Part shown: positions 7,365-8,215 of the stretch, in pieces
How the letters are laid out: each line of letters opens with the position of its first letter
How positions within the stretch are numbered: the stretch's first letter is position 1
Source: Octopus sinensis
Lineage: Eukaryota
DNA: 8,215 nucleotides
Assembly: GCF_006345805.1 (NCBI RefSeq)
Contig: NW_021828443.1
Coordinates: 1-8,215 of the forward strand
Direction: 5' to 3'
Translations under genes and position numbers: made by a program
The notes under the pieces: model-generated
Told to the model about the DNA's origin: nothing
Database searches by the model: none
Seen by the model: only the letters and a program-made list of their open reading frames with translations

Positions 7365-7435
7365 ACATACATGCATGGATGCATACATATGAACATATAA
7401 AAACATATATACATATAAGTATATAAATGGTAATA

Positions 7436-7475
<40 letters not shown>

Positions 7476-7511
7476 ATATATATGTATAATATATATATAT
7501 ATATATATATA
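7365..7511. repeat. Degenerate (TA)n
   Basis: Read directly. Confidence 0.95.
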
Positions 7512-7680
7512 AAGGGAAAGTTTACGAAAAAATAAACAAAAGACGAAGGGGTGGTGGAGTACAAACAAACAAATGTATTAGTATAGCGCTCAGGAATAGA
7601 AAAAGTCTTTTACGTTTCGAGCCTACGCTCTTCGGACAGAAAGATACACAGAAAAAAAAACAAGGAGAGCAAAAATGCGT
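7512..7680 (-). mobile_element. ~170-bp hammerhead-like-motif repeat embedded in (TA)n; same family as 1-123
   Basis: Inverted homologue of 1-123, with (TA)n on both sides. Confidence 0.7.
7605..7644 (-). ncRNA. Minimal hammerhead-like motif with variant core
   Basis: Minus strand reads UCUUU-CUGU-CCGAAGA-G(CGUAGGCU)C-GAAA-CGUA-AAAGAC. Core has U4-to-C, helix III is the ACGU palindrome, and UCUUU/AAAGA can form helix I. Helix II is only 1 bp and competes with a GAGC/GCUC hairpin. Confidence 0.45.
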
Positions 7681-7925
7681 GTATATATATATATATTTAT
7701 CTAAATATTTATATATATACATATAATTATGTGCATGTGAATAACTTTTCACATATATATATATAGGTATATATATGTAATATATCTAATTATATCTATA
7801 ATATTATAGATATATATATAGTATATATATATGTATATATCTATATATATATATCTTATATATAATATGTGTATGTATATATATATGTATATATATATAT
7901 ATATATATTAATATTTATATATATA
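7681..7925. repeat. Degenerate (TA)n
   Basis: Read directly. Confidence 0.95.
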
Positions 7926-7931
7926 GTATGT

Positions 7932-7969
7932 TGTGTGTGTGTGTGTGTGTGTTGTGTGTGTGTGTGTGT
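7932..7969. repeat. (TG)n
   Basis: Read directly. Confidence 0.97.
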
Positions 7970-7989
7970 AATCCTTGTAGCACTCTATG

Positions 7990-8180
7990 TATTGTTGGTA
8001 GTTGCAAGAATGGTGAGCGTTACGTGATGATGGTAACAGTGGTGTTAGTAGCAGTAGTATTGGTAGGGGTATAGTGGTACATGTAATGGTATTAGTTGTG
8101 GTGATGGTGGCAGTATAGTGGTATAACGCCAATAGTAGTGGTGGTGCAATTAATGGAGACGGTGGTTGTGACGGCGAACC
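7990..8180. repeat. Degenerate GTA/GGT low-complexity tract
   Basis: Read directly. Confidence 0.75.
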
Positions 8181-8215
8181 TGGTTGCACTACAGTACTTG
8201 ATATGTGACGTGAGC

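Overview
Eukaryotic, AT-rich non-coding DNA dominated by microsatellites and retroelements. The repeat families look like those of Octopus/cephalopod genomes (recognised from memory, not searched). No intact host gene can be supported, and most ORFs in the track are artefacts of simple repeats. Main contents: (i) a 5'-truncated, frameshifted R4/Dong-like non-LTR retrotransposon (RT, CCHC knuckle, restriction-like endonuclease) at 2786-4866, flanked by (AAT)n and preceded by a ~68-bp stub of its own 3' end; (ii) several tRNA-head SINE copies, one with a perfect 15-bp target-site duplication; (iii) short repeats embedded in (TA)n tracts carrying hammerhead-ribozyme-like motifs of the Penelope-like-element type, with a canonical core at 280-367 (-) and a variant core at 7605-7644 (-) plus a partial copy at the window start; (iv) phase-locked, strand-flipping trinucleotide arrays, including a perfect 62-bp palindrome; (v) a small CpG-rich island at ~1855-2200 that may be a promoter or first exon.
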